DNA of 64,000 nucleotides from a virus: IMG/VR virus record IMGVR_UViG_3300032315_000647, positions 50,746 through 114,745 of that record, one strand, 5' to 3'. A program made the position numbers and the translations under genes. Positions within the stretch are counted from its first letter, which is position 1; each line of letters starts with the position of its first letter. This document shows, piece after piece, positions 1 to 9,800 of this stretch. A model generated the notes under the pieces. It saw nothing but the letters and a program-made list of their open reading frames with translations. It was not told the origin of the DNA and did not search any database.

Positions 1-269
1 TCACAATAGAGATGTTTTTTCTCTAGATAAGGATCTTGTAAAAAAAAGTGTTCTGTAAGTTTATCCTCAATAAAGTCTTTATAGAAATAAGATGTTTCAC
101 CAAAGTGTAGTATCCTGTCTATATTAGGGTTACCTCTAAAAACATCAGGAAATCCAGAAACAACAATCAACAGATGATTTGGATATTTCTTTTTAATAGC
201 AGAGCATACAGCTGTTGCCATAATACTCTTTCCTATTCCTCCGTTAATCTGGAAGATTATACGCTTCAT
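1..269 (-). CDS. GT9-like (ADP-heptose:LPS heptosyltransferase-like) glycosyltransferase, N-terminal part; runs off the window
   Basis: Not in ORF track; ATG at 269, my translation MKRIIFQINGGIGKSIMATAVCSAIKKKYPNHLLIVVSGFPDVFRGNPNIDRILHF... is open to the edge and resembles the GT9 N-terminus (GGIGD..ATP...LKKxYP....V.....DVFxxNPxID). Confidence 0.7.
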   Translation of the reverse strand, partial: MKRIIFQINGGIGKSIMATAVCSAIKKKYPNHLLIVVSGFPDVFRGNPNIDRILHFGETSYFYKDFIEDKLTEHFFLQDPYLEKKHLYC

Positions 270-288
270 GTAGAAATTATTGGTTTTA

Positions 289-296
289 CAAATTTA
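289..296 (-). promoter_or_regulatory. Bacteroidota sigma -7 box (TAAATTTG) upstream of the glycosyltransferase
   Basis: Matches TAnnTTTG, ~20 nt upstream of the ATG at 269. Confidence 0.55.
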
Positions 297-303
297 CAAA
301 ATA

Positions 304-651
304 TTATACAGTTATAATATCTGGACGATTTACAAATTCTACAACTTGCGTACCAACAGTATTTGCAATTGCTGTTAAAACTACACTATCATCTTCACCC
401 CAATCAGAAAGCTGTTCTTGTGTAAGAACAATATATTGTTCATACACCACATTAAATGGTGGTAATGCTGGATCTGCAGGGGTACCTCCGTTATTAAATA
501 TTCCAAATACCACTCTAAAATTAGTAGACTCTCCTCCTAAAATATATGGACGAGCATAGGCACTCATATATTCAGCATCAACAACTTTAAATTCAAATGC
601 TGAAGTTTGAAATACAATTTTTCCTGTAGGATTGATCTTAGCAAATAACAT
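304..651 (-). CDS. Hypothetical protein (115 aa), possibly fibre-associated
   Basis: ORF co-oriented with and tightly packed behind the fibre genes. Confidence 0.7.
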   Translation of the reverse strand: MLFAKINPTGKIVFQTSAFEFKVVDAEYMSAYARPYILGGESTNFRVVFGIFNNGGTPADPALPPFNVVYEQYIVLTQEQLSDWGEDDSVVLTAIANTVGTQVVEFVNRPDIITV

Positions 652-662
652 AGTTTATGTTT

Positions 663-1367
663 TTAAATGATTCCAATACTAAACCTATTCTTAAATACAT
701 TGAAATTTTGTAACTCCTCATCAGGAGTTAGTGCTCTAGTATAAAAAAGAGCAGTTCCAATCCTTCCTCTTAGCTGAACACTACTTCCATTACTATTACG
801 ATTAATCATCCAAGCATTAGTGAAATTGACAGTTCCTAAGGATCCGTATGTGTTCGTAATCCTACTAGTATTATTTATTCTAATTGACATAGATAAAGTG
901 GATGTGTCTCTCACTCCTGATACAAAATTCCAAACGTTTTGAGTTAATGTAGCGCTTGCAGACCTTCCACCACCGTCTGATACCATAGTGATATTACTAG
1001 GAGCAGTTGTTGTTAATCCAAATGTGTTCCCACCACTATTACTTGATGTAAATAGTCCAGCATTGTCATATTGTCCTTCTGTGTACATTATAACAACTTG
1101 CATAGTTAATCCTGAAAGACCAGTGTAAGATGCTGCACTGTTTATATTGAATACAGAAGAGAAAGGTGAGAAGTCACTGAAGTATATACCATTAAAAACA
1201 TTGGGATAGAACGTAAATGTACCATTCATTGTGGCATCATAACCACTAATCAAATCTTTCCAAGTTGTTCCTGTTCCTCCATAAGACCTTGTTTGGGCAG
1301 CATCGTACCACAATGCTAGTCCATTAGTAACCACTGGTATTCCTGAACTTGCTGCTATACCAAGCAT
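663..1367 (-). CDS. LamG/concanavalin-A-like lectin-fold virion protein
   Basis: VTNGLALWYDAA..SYGGTGTTWKDL start, WNFVSGV core and GRIGTALFYTRALTPDEELQNF end are typical phage LamG-like motifs. Confidence 0.75.
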   Translation of the reverse strand: MLGIAASSGIPVVTNGLALWYDAAQTRSYGGTGTTWKDLISGYDATMNGTFTFYPNVFNGIYFSDFSPFSSVFNINSAASYTGLSGLTMQVVIMYTEGQYDNAGLFTSSNSGGNTFGLTTTAPSNITMVSDGGGRSASATLTQNVWNFVSGVRDTSTLSMSIRINNTSRITNTYGSLGTVNFTNAWMINRNSNGSSVQLRGRIGTALFYTRALTPDEELQNFNVFKNRFSIGII

Positions 1368-1376
1368 TTTTAAGTT

Positions 1377-4300
1377 TTAAGCTGTTAAGTTACCAATTAA
1401 ATACCATTCGTCAGTAGCCACCTTCATAAGTGTTACAGCACCATATTGGGCATTGAGCTTACGCCAACTGTTAGCGCTTCGCAAAGTTACGCCAGCACAA
1501 GCACAAACAGTAGTTTGACCAGCACCATATTGCGTAACATTCAAACAAGTACCAATTGGGAAAGCCACTTGACTACATGCTGGAACACATATGTTGTTTG
1601 CAGCTCCGACATTCATTTCAACCGTCTTACCAGAATCAGCCAAAACTAATGCATAAGAAGCAGCTTGTCTATTGAACTGTGTCAGTCCATTAAGTTTACC
1701 ACAAGAACAAACGTTATTGAAATATGCTGTACAAGCATCAAGACCAGTGAGTCCACAGCCCATAACAATTGTATAATTGTTACAAGCTAAACTGCTCTGA
1801 CCAAATGCTAAGGATCCACAACAGAATGCCTTGTTTGATTGTCCTCCTATAATAGCACTACTTCTACCAAGAGCACAGTTGTCAAATCCTCCTCCTACAC
1901 TAGCATAAACACCTGATGCAGAGTTAGCACTACCTCCTGCTACAGTTGCATAAGTGCCTGCAATATTAACTGCACCCCCACCGACAGTACCGTAGTTTGA
2001 ACACACACAATTTCGTGATCCACCTCCAACTGTTGCTGCTACAGCTGAACCAGCAAATGGACATATTAATCTATTTCTGTCTCCACCACCAATAGATCCA
2101 AAAGGTGTGTTGACATCTATTATATTACAAAAACCTCCACTTATTACCGAACAACAGCTGTTCAGTATATTACAATTACCTCCTCCTATTGTACTATGTA
2201 CTACATTACAAAGCTTATTTGAAGATCCTCCAACAATAGCTGAATAATATCCACCGTCAATTGCATTAGTACATCCTGATCCTATTAATGAAAATTGTCC
2301 AAAAAGCATTGAGTTGCCCTGACCTGAACTTATTCCAGAACCATTACTGTAAGTTGATATAGTATTACCATAACCGCCTGATATTACTGATTGACCAGAG
2401 AAATTTAATATTAAGTTAAGACTACCTCCTCCAACAGTTGAATCAGTTGAATTAATACTGACACAATTTCCACTACCTCCTGAGATTGTTGAATAGTATC
2501 CTGAGGCTGTGTTATTACATCCTCCACTAACAGTGGCATAATTTCCTGTAGTGGTGTTGAGTTGACCACAACGAACACTAGAACCAGTCCCTGCACCAAG
2601 TATAATTACAGGCGCACTTCCTGAAAATGATGTACCAGAACTTCCAGAAGTTCCAGACGTACCAGCCCCTCCAGTAACACCGCTTGTTCCACTAGTTCCA
2701 CTAGTTCCAGTTCCACCATTAACTCCAGAAGTACCTGATGTACCGTTATTACCATTAACTCCAGAGGTACCGCTAGTACCTCTAGTACCTGATGTTCCAG
2801 ACGTACCTGAAGAACCAGCAGCACCATTAACTCCACTGGTTCCACTCGTACCACTTGTACCTGCTGCACCAGTTCCACCATTTACACCAGATGTACCTGA
2901 AGTTCCTGAAGAACCTGCTGCACCGTTGATTCCTGACGTACCACTAGTTCCATTGTTACCATTAACACCGCTAGTACCAGATGTTCCATTTACACCAGAG
3001 GTTCCAGACGTTCCATTATTACCGTTCACTCCAGAAGTTCCACTTGTTCCCCTAGTGCCCGATGTTCCTGATGTACCACTTGTTCCAGCAACACCGTTAA
3101 CACCACTTGTACCTGAAGTGCCAGAACTACCTGCTACACCGTTAACTCCTGAAGTGCCAGAAGTACCACTGCTTCCAGCTGCACCATTTACTCCTGATGT
3201 TCCGCTTGTTCCTGAACTGCCAGCAGCTCCATTAACACCACTAGTCCCACTAGTACCATTTACACCCGAAGTACCTGATGTGCCAGCTGCGCCATTCACA
3301 CCAGACGTTCCACTTGTTCCGTTAACACCTGAAGTTCCTGAAGTTCCGTTCACTCCACTAGTTCCAGAAGTTCCGTTATTTCCATTCACCCCAGATGTAC
3401 CAGAGGTTCCTCGTGTACCTGATGTACCAGAAGTCCCTGTTGTACCACTAGTTCCAGATGTACCAGATGACCCTGCTGCACCGTTAACACCTGATGTACC
3501 GCTAGTACCTGATGATCCTGCAGCTCCGTTAGCTCCACTAGTGCCACTTGTTCCAGATGTTCCATTCACTCCACTTGTACCACTAGTCCCAGAGGTGCCA
3601 TTATTTCCGTTAACACCAGAGGTCCCAGAAGTCCCTGTAGTACCAGAGGTTCCACTAGTACCAGATATACCTGACGTACCGCTACTACCATTTGCACCAG
3701 AAGTTCCAGATGTGCCATTCACACCTGAAGTACCGCTCGTTCCTGAAGTGCCGTTAGCTCCAGATGTCCCAGAGGTTCCATTTATACCAGAAGTTCCGCT
3801 AGTTCCATTGTTACCAGAAGTACCAGACGTACCTGTAGTTCCACTAGTGCCAGACGTACCATTAATCCCTGAAGTACCACTTGTACCATTAATGCCACTA
3901 GTCCCTGATGTACCATTGATTCCACTGGTTCCTGAAGTACCATTGACACCAGAGGTTCCATTTGTACCGTTGATTCCACTAGTGCCACTCGTTCCTCTAG
4001 TTCCACTAGTTCCTGATGTTCCACTAGTTCCATTCACTCCAGAGCTACCCGAAGTGCCTGTGGTACCACTTGTACCTGAGGTTCCATTGATTCCTGAACT
4101 ACCAGAAGTACCGTTCACTCCAGACGTACCGCTCGTACCATTAACTCCACTCGTACCACTCGTTCCTGATGTGCCAGCTAAGCCTGAAGTACCACTAGTT
4201 CCATTAATTCCAGATGTGCCTGATGTACCAGTTGTACCACTAGTGCCATTTAAGCCTGAAGTTCCAGATGTTCCGTTCGTTCCATTAATTCCAGAAGACC

Positions 4301-6782
4301 CACTGGTTCCACTTGTGCCATTTATTCCTGACGTGCCACTTGTACCTGAAGAACCATTATTACCAGAAGTGCCACTTGTACCATTTATCCCAGAGCTACC
4401 AGATGTCCCACTTGTTCCTGTAACACCACTAGTTCCAGATGTACCGTTTGCGCCTGAGGTTCCACTTGTTCCATTAGTTCCATTTGCACCTGAAGACCCA
4501 CTAGAGCCAGATGTTCCGCTGGTTCCATTAGCCCCACTGCTTCCAGAGGTACCGCTAGTTCCTGTGGTGCCTGAAGTTCCACTGCTACCAGATATTCCAC
4601 TAGAACCCGAAGTTCCAGAACTTCCACTTGAACCAGATGTACCATTAGTGCCATTATTTCCATTAACACCACTAGTTCCACTTGTTCCATTTGCGCCTGA
4701 CGATCCACTACTTCCACTAGTTCCTGAAGTCCCATTTATTCCTGACGTACCGTTAGTTCCAGATAAACCTGATGTTCCACTCGTACCTGTGCTGCCTGAA
4801 GTTCCAGAGGTACCGTTTATACCAGAGGTCCCACTAGTTCCGTTAATTCCAGATGAGCCAGAACTGCCAGATGTACCGTTGATTCCAGATGTACCAGACG
4901 TTCCGTTTATACCTGAACTACCTGCTGTTCCTGAAGATCCACTAGATCCAGAACTACCGTTTGTTCCACTAACACCACTTGTACCTGAGCTACCGTTTGA
5001 ACCAGAAGTTCCTGATGTCCCATTATTACCGCTAGTTCCAGAGGAACCAGATAATCCTGAAGTTCCACTACTACCTGATGAACCACTTGTTCCTGATGTT
5101 CCAGGTAAACCATTATTACCTGAAGTTCCACTTGAACCTGAAGTTCCTGAGGTTCCAGAAGAACCGCTCGTCCCTGTTATACCTGAAGAACCAGATGTTC
5201 CTGAAACTCCACTAGTCCCTGAAGACCCACTTATACCAGACGTACCATTAGTTCCGTTACTACCAGATGTACCAGAAGTTCCGTTGTTTCCTGAAGTTCC
5301 ACTTGACCCACTGGTTCCAGAACTACCATTTATTCCAGAACTGCCAGATGTTCCATTTATTCCTGAGCTTCCGCTCGATCCTGAGGTACCATTTATTCCA
5401 CTAGTACCAGACGTGCCATTCAATCCTGATGAACCTGAACTACCAGACGTACCACTTGTACCATTAGTTCCTGAACTACCTGAGGATCCATTAGTCCCAT
5501 TTATACCTGAGCTACCACTTGAACCAGATGATCCACTAGTGCCTGAAGTGCCGTTGTTACCACTCGTGCCAGATGAACCGTTTATTCCTGATGTACCTGA
5601 GGTTCCATTAGAACCACTTGTTCCTGAACTTCCACTAGTTCCTGCAGTTCCTGGTAAACCACTACTTCCACTTGATCCACTTGTTCCTGACAAACCAGAT
5701 GTACCAGATGTACCATTGGAACCTGAAGAACCACTAGTTCCTGCTGTACCATTAATTCCAGATGTCCCACTAGACCCTGAACTACCGCTCGTACCAGCAC
5801 TACCGTTTATTCCACTTGAACCAGAAGTTCCATTTATACCCGAAGATCCTGATGATCCATTAGTACCAGATATTCCACTGCTACCAGATGTACCATTGAG
5901 CCCACTTGTTCCAGAGCTACCAGATGTTCCTGAGGTTCCATTACCACCTGAGGTGCCACTTGATCCGCTAGTGCCAGAGGTTCCTGAAGTGCCACTAGTT
6001 CCTGATCCTCCACCACCTGTTATTACCACTTGAGCATCACCACCTCCCAAATCATTCACTGTAGCACCTGAGAATGTAATTTTGTCAACGTTAGTCACTG
6101 TGGTTGTGCCATCAGTCACTTCAACTATTGAAGATGTCCCACTGCTACCAGAGGTGCCAGAGGTGCCTCTTGTTCCTGAACTACCTGAACTGCCTGAACT
6201 TCCATTTGTGCCTGATACTCCACTTGATCCTGATGTTCCATTGCTACCTGACACACCACTAGACCCTGAGGTTCCGTTACTACCTTGTATTCCGCTTATT
6301 CCAGAGGATCCAGAAGATCCAGATGTACCATTAGAACCACTCAATCCAGAAGTTCCTGAACTTCCAGATGTTCCAGCTGTTCCTGATATACCAGAGCTTC
6401 CACTAGTGCCGTTAGACCCTGATGTTCCTGATGTTCCTGAGCTACCGCTAGTGCCTGAACGTCCAGAGGATCCTGATGTACCACTACTTCCTGAACCACC
6501 TGATCCTGAACCACCTGATTCACAAACAGCCTCTAGTTTTTGTAATATTACCTCAAGATTATCATTTGTTCTAATCCCTGTACAGATTAAATTGGGTCCT
6601 TCATAGAAGACACAAGTTGCGTTCAATATGACAGGGCATGGCTTTATGGAACACAGCACTGTAGGTGTTGTGGGTATATTTATAGGAGGGCAGTAAATAG
6701 GAACATGGATACTACCAGAAGTACCAGAGGATCCACTAGATCCTGAACCACCATAAGATAATATAGAAGGTAGTACGTTCAT
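1377..6782 (-). CDS. Long collagen-like (Gly-X-Y) fibre protein with beta-roll/YadA-head-like repeats and a C-terminal tip domain
   Basis: 1801 aa; Cys-rich N-terminal adaptor; >1200 aa of GTS/GSS/GIN/GVN triplets; ~14-aa (S/A)T(V/I)xGGxxNxA repeats; C-terminal YALVLADSGK...FPIGT...QYGAGQ...LMKVATDEWYLIGNL domain common in phage fibres. Confidence 0.8.
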   Translation of the reverse strand: MNVLPSILSYGGSGSSGSSGTSGSIHVPIYCPPINIPTTPTVLCSIKPCPVILNATCVFYEGPNLICTGIRTNDNLEVILQKLEAVCESGGSGSGGSGSSGTSGSSGRSGTSGSSGTSGTSGSNGTSGSSGISGTAGTSGSSGTSGLSGSNGTSGSSGSSGISGIQGSNGTSGSSGVSGSNGTSGSSGVSGTNGSSGSSGSSGTRGTSGTSGSSGTSSIVEVTDGTTTVTNVDKITFSGATVNDLGGGDAQVVITGGGGSGTSGTSGTSGTSGSSGTSGGNGTSGTSGSSGTSGLNGTSGSSGISGTNGSSGSSGINGTSGSSGINGSAGTSGSSGSSGTSGINGTAGTSGSSGSNGTSGTSGLSGTSGSSGSSGLPGTAGTSGSSGTSGSNGTSGTSGINGSSGTSGNNGTSGTSGSSGSSGSSGINGTNGSSGSSGTNGTSGTSGSSGSSGLNGTSGTSGINGTSGSSGSSGINGTSGSSGINGSSGTSGSSGTSGNNGTSGTSGSNGTNGTSGISGSSGTSGVSGTSGSSGITGTSGSSGTSGTSGSSGTSGNNGLPGTSGTSGSSGSSGTSGLSGSSGTSGNNGTSGTSGSNGSSGTSGVSGTNGSSGSSGSSGTAGSSGINGTSGTSGINGTSGSSGSSGINGTSGTSGINGTSGTSGSTGTSGTSGLSGTNGTSGINGTSGTSGSSGSSGANGTSGTSGVNGNNGTNGTSGSSGSSGTSGSSGISGSSGTSGTTGTSGTSGSSGANGTSGTSGSSGSSGANGTNGTSGTSGANGTSGTSGVTGTSGTSGSSGINGTSGTSGNNGSSGTSGTSGINGTSGTSGSSGINGTNGTSGTSGLNGTSGTTGTSGTSGINGTSGTSGLAGTSGTSGTSGVNGTSGTSGVNGTSGSSGINGTSGTSGTTGTSGSSGVNGTSGTSGTSGTRGTSGTSGINGTNGTSGVNGTSGTSGINGTSGTSGINGTSGTSGINGTSGTSGTTGTSGTSGNNGTSGTSGINGTSGTSGANGTSGTSGTSGVNGTSGTSGANGSSGTSGISGTSGTSGTTGTSGTSGVNGNNGTSGTSGTSGVNGTSGTSGTSGANGAAGSSGTSGTSGVNGAAGSSGTSGTSGTTGTSGTSGTRGTSGTSGVNGNNGTSGTSGVNGTSGTSGVNGTSGTSGVNGAAGTSGTSGVNGTSGTSGVNGAAGSSGTSGTSGVNGAAGSSGTSGTSGVNGVAGSSGTSGTSGVNGVAGTSGTSGTSGTRGTSGTSGVNGNNGTSGTSGVNGTSGTSGVNGNNGTSGTSGINGAAGSSGTSGTSGVNGGTGAAGTSGTSGTSGVNGAAGSSGTSGTSGTRGTSGTSGVNGNNGTSGTSGVNGGTGTSGTSGTSGVTGGAGTSGTSGSSGTSFSGSAPVIILGAGTGSSVRCGQLNTTTGNYATVSGGCNNTASGYYSTISGGSGNCVSINSTDSTVGGGSLNLILNFSGQSVISGGYGNTISTYSNGSGISSGQGNSMLFGQFSLIGSGCTNAIDGGYYSAIVGGSSNKLCNVVHSTIGGGNCNILNSCCSVISGGFCNIIDVNTPFGSIGGGDRNRLICPFAGSAVAATVGGGSRNCVCSNYGTVGGGAVNIAGTYATVAGGSANSASGVYASVGGGFDNCALGRSSAIIGGQSNKAFCCGSLAFGQSSLACNNYTIVMGCGLTGLDACTAYFNNVCSCGKLNGLTQFNRQAASYALVLADSGKTVEMNVGAANNICVPACSQVAFPIGTCLNVTQYGAGQTTVCACAGVTLRSANSWRKLNAQYGAVTLMKVATDEWYLIGNLTA
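2630..6510 (-). repeat. Gly-X-Y (GTS/GSS/GxN) low-complexity coding repeat, interrupted at ~6000-6130 by a ~40-aa knob
   Basis: Gly at every third residue; imperfect 9-nt periodicity in the DNA. Confidence 0.9.
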
Positions 6783-6828
6783 AATTTGAGTGATGTATAA
6801 TTTTTAATATATACGATGTATATATTAA

Positions 6829-6836
6829 CAAAATTA
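6829..6836 (-). promoter_or_regulatory. Bacteroidota -7 box (TAATTTTG) upstream of the collagen-like fibre gene
   Basis: TAnnTTTG consensus in the AT-rich intergenic gap 6783-6895. Confidence 0.55.
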
Positions 6837-6895
6837 TCTGTTAGTAATATATATTCAATGACTTATGAAAAATTAAACTACATAATATAGCGATA

Positions 6896-9800
6896 TCATC
6901 TTCTACTTTCCTTCTGAATAGTAATGTCAAATTCTTTAGCGAATTCAGGATCCAGGATACCACCGTAGGTAAAGATAGATTTTGTGAAAGGAAACATCTT
7001 ACCGAAATTCTTAATAGGTTGAGCTTTCTTTCTAACCTGTTCAACAGTGAGATCAGAATCTGATGTATCCACTCCAGTCATTTCCATCATAGCGTGATCA
7101 ACAAATCTTCCCATGTCTGAGAATATACCAATCGCAGGGAACAGTGATCCACTAAGAATCTTTTGAAATTCAGCAGGATTGTAGAAGAACGAAAGCTCAC
7201 TAATGAATTTATCAATTACACGAAGCTGATATCTATAAAAATTCTTACTAGCTCTATCATCTTCATCATCAGGAGCAGCAAATCCTAAAGCAAACATTGC
7301 GCCAAACATAGACATGAGAATAGAAAGTTCCTTAACCTGGTTTCTGAGATTGATTCTAATCATGTCTATAAACTCATCTCTATCCATCTCCAAAGGTTTG
7401 CCTGTACGTTTTTCATACTTTTCAGCAAACTCTTCGTACATCTTATTCATCAATTCAACACCTTTATCATTGACAGCCAAGATGTTATAGATGTTAGTTG
7501 ATCTGTCTCTTATAGATGTACCTAATACATAAGCAAAGAGTCTAATCCTACCAATGTCATATTTCTGTCCTGTTGTTATTCCATCTTCTCCTATTTCTAC
7601 AGAGAAGTCATCACTCACCTTTCTAAACTCTCCAAAACGTGTATCCACTAGTTTAGGAATCCAGTTTTTGAACACCATCATTGATTTTGTCCAGACACTC
7701 ATTCCCATACGATTGAGATCACTATCTGAAAGTCCACCAGTAGCATTTCTTGATATACGTCTGGTTAAGTTAGTAAGACGTTGAAGCTCATCTATATTAG
7801 ATAAATCAAGACCAGGGATTACAAGTTTACCATTTTCAAGTTTCTTTGTAACACTTATGGCTTTGGTTTTCTTCAATTCTTCTATTTCTTCATTAATCTT
7901 TGAAGCCACTTCTTTATACTTTGAAGAAGAATCATACCTGTCTTTATACTTCCTTTTGACGAACTCACGAATGTTGACAATCTTTCCATTGTCTATCATT
8001 GTGTTATCAAGAAGAGTGAGGAATATAGACTTCTCAATGTGCTGTTCAGGATGCTTCATGAAGAAATATAGCATGTCTGAAAAGTTCTGTCTTGTGAGAA
8101 CTGTTAAACCTGCCTCCTGAAGTTTGTCATACGTAGGATCATCTTTCAGAGGCATAAATATATTCACAAGTTGAATAAACATTTCACGTTCTTCATCATT
8201 CTTGAACTTATTTCCAACAAGCTTTGTTTCATTAGCTAGCACTTCTCTAGCCTTGAAGTAGTTACCAGCTTGTGTAGCAATCTGTATGTTAGCACCAAAT
8301 GCATTCACAGCACCAGAAACAAACTCAAGTCCAAGTGCTTTTAACTGAAATGCTCTGTTTGCAGCATCCATAGTTTTCACCAGAGATGTAGCAGAAGGAT
8401 TCTCATCTATTTTGAACACCTCTCTATTGGCTACATTATTCACTGCACTCTTCATAAAGTTCATCACCTTACCTACACCAAGTGGTGTGTCACTATCAGA
8501 CAAGGGATACTTCTGTTCATATAGTAGTGCTCTAAGGAAGTCATTGAAGATTTTTGCATTACCCTCACTAGTAACTTCTCCTTTAGCCATTACCTTTGGT
8601 CCACGTTCATCGTAAACAACTTCACCAACATTATTTGTATTAAGATAGCCTTTGAAAGTTTCAATAGTTTTAACAAGCTGCAATTGATCCTCCACTTCAG
8701 AAAGATATTTGTACTTCTCCATGTGGTTGATGTACAATATCATATTCTTGAAGATGTCCTCACTTACATCAGAATAGTCATTTGTACCATCTTCCTTACG
8801 AGTGAAGTCATACGTGTAGTATTTAGGAATTGCATTTTCCAATTCACCTGTTAACTCGTTTATTTTTCCATATCCTACATCATCAGTTTGTATCTGTAGA
8901 CTCTTACCAAAGTTCATTACAGCAGAGACATCAAAGTCCCATGCAAGACTTTCTGCCATTCCTTTCCTTATAAAAGGAAGGAATGTAGAAGCCACCTTAT
9001 TACTAATATATCCAGACTCTTTAGCTTTATTATTCATCTCATTGATGAAGTTGTAAAGCTCAAACAGATCATTATCTTTTAGAAGTTCTTTATATTCTTC
9101 TGACTGCCATTTAGCTAGAGGATGTCTTTTAATAATGTAATTCTTCCAACCATTGAAATCTTTCCTATCAATATCCCATTTACGTTTTTCCTCAAGTATC
9201 ATCTCATCCATTCTATCAGGATCATCATCATACAACTTTTTGATTCTTTCTATCTTCTTATCAAGCAGTTCTTTTGCTTCTTTCCTATATGCATCTACAT
9301 CAATGTTATTTAACAACCAGTTTTTATCATGATTTCCTTCGAGTGCATTGTTATCTACACCTTCAAAGAATTCTTTCTTGAACTTGTATATTAGCTTGTT
9401 AACCGTTTTGTTTTTATCATCCTTCTGATAGATTTGTTGAACTAGTTTTCTAACATCCCCACCTCTATCAACAAGTTTTTTACGAATAGCCATGAGTCTA
9501 TCCACTTCACCAAGTGCATCTCTAGAGGCTCTTCCTTTTGCATTTGTGACAAGTTTGAACAACACTTCCAATGATGCCATAGGAAGTTCTGATATTCCTC
9601 TAAAGTTTGAAGACAAACCTTTTACAACAGCTTCAGCATTTAACAGTCCCTTTACAAGATTTCGCTCACCTATGAATTTATCAGCAAACTTTCCAGACAC
9701 CTCTCCAATTTGCTCTGCAGAAAGACGAATCTTTCTAGCTTCATCACTAATGTCTTTAAGTAGATTCTTGTTAAATGCAACACCCTCCTTAGCTTCTTCA

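Noticed and set aside
2630-6510. CRISPR array or diversity-generating retroelement
   Set aside because: Repeats are in-frame coding triplets with no repeat-spacer pattern; no reverse transcriptase or adenine-specific TR/VR pair noticed
2926-6606. 1035-aa and 174-aa plus-strand ORFs (PDVPLVPEVP...) and short alternative-frame minus ORFs
   Set aside because: Shadows of the Gly-X-Y repeat, whose codons rarely create stops in these frames; no leader and opposite to the operon direction
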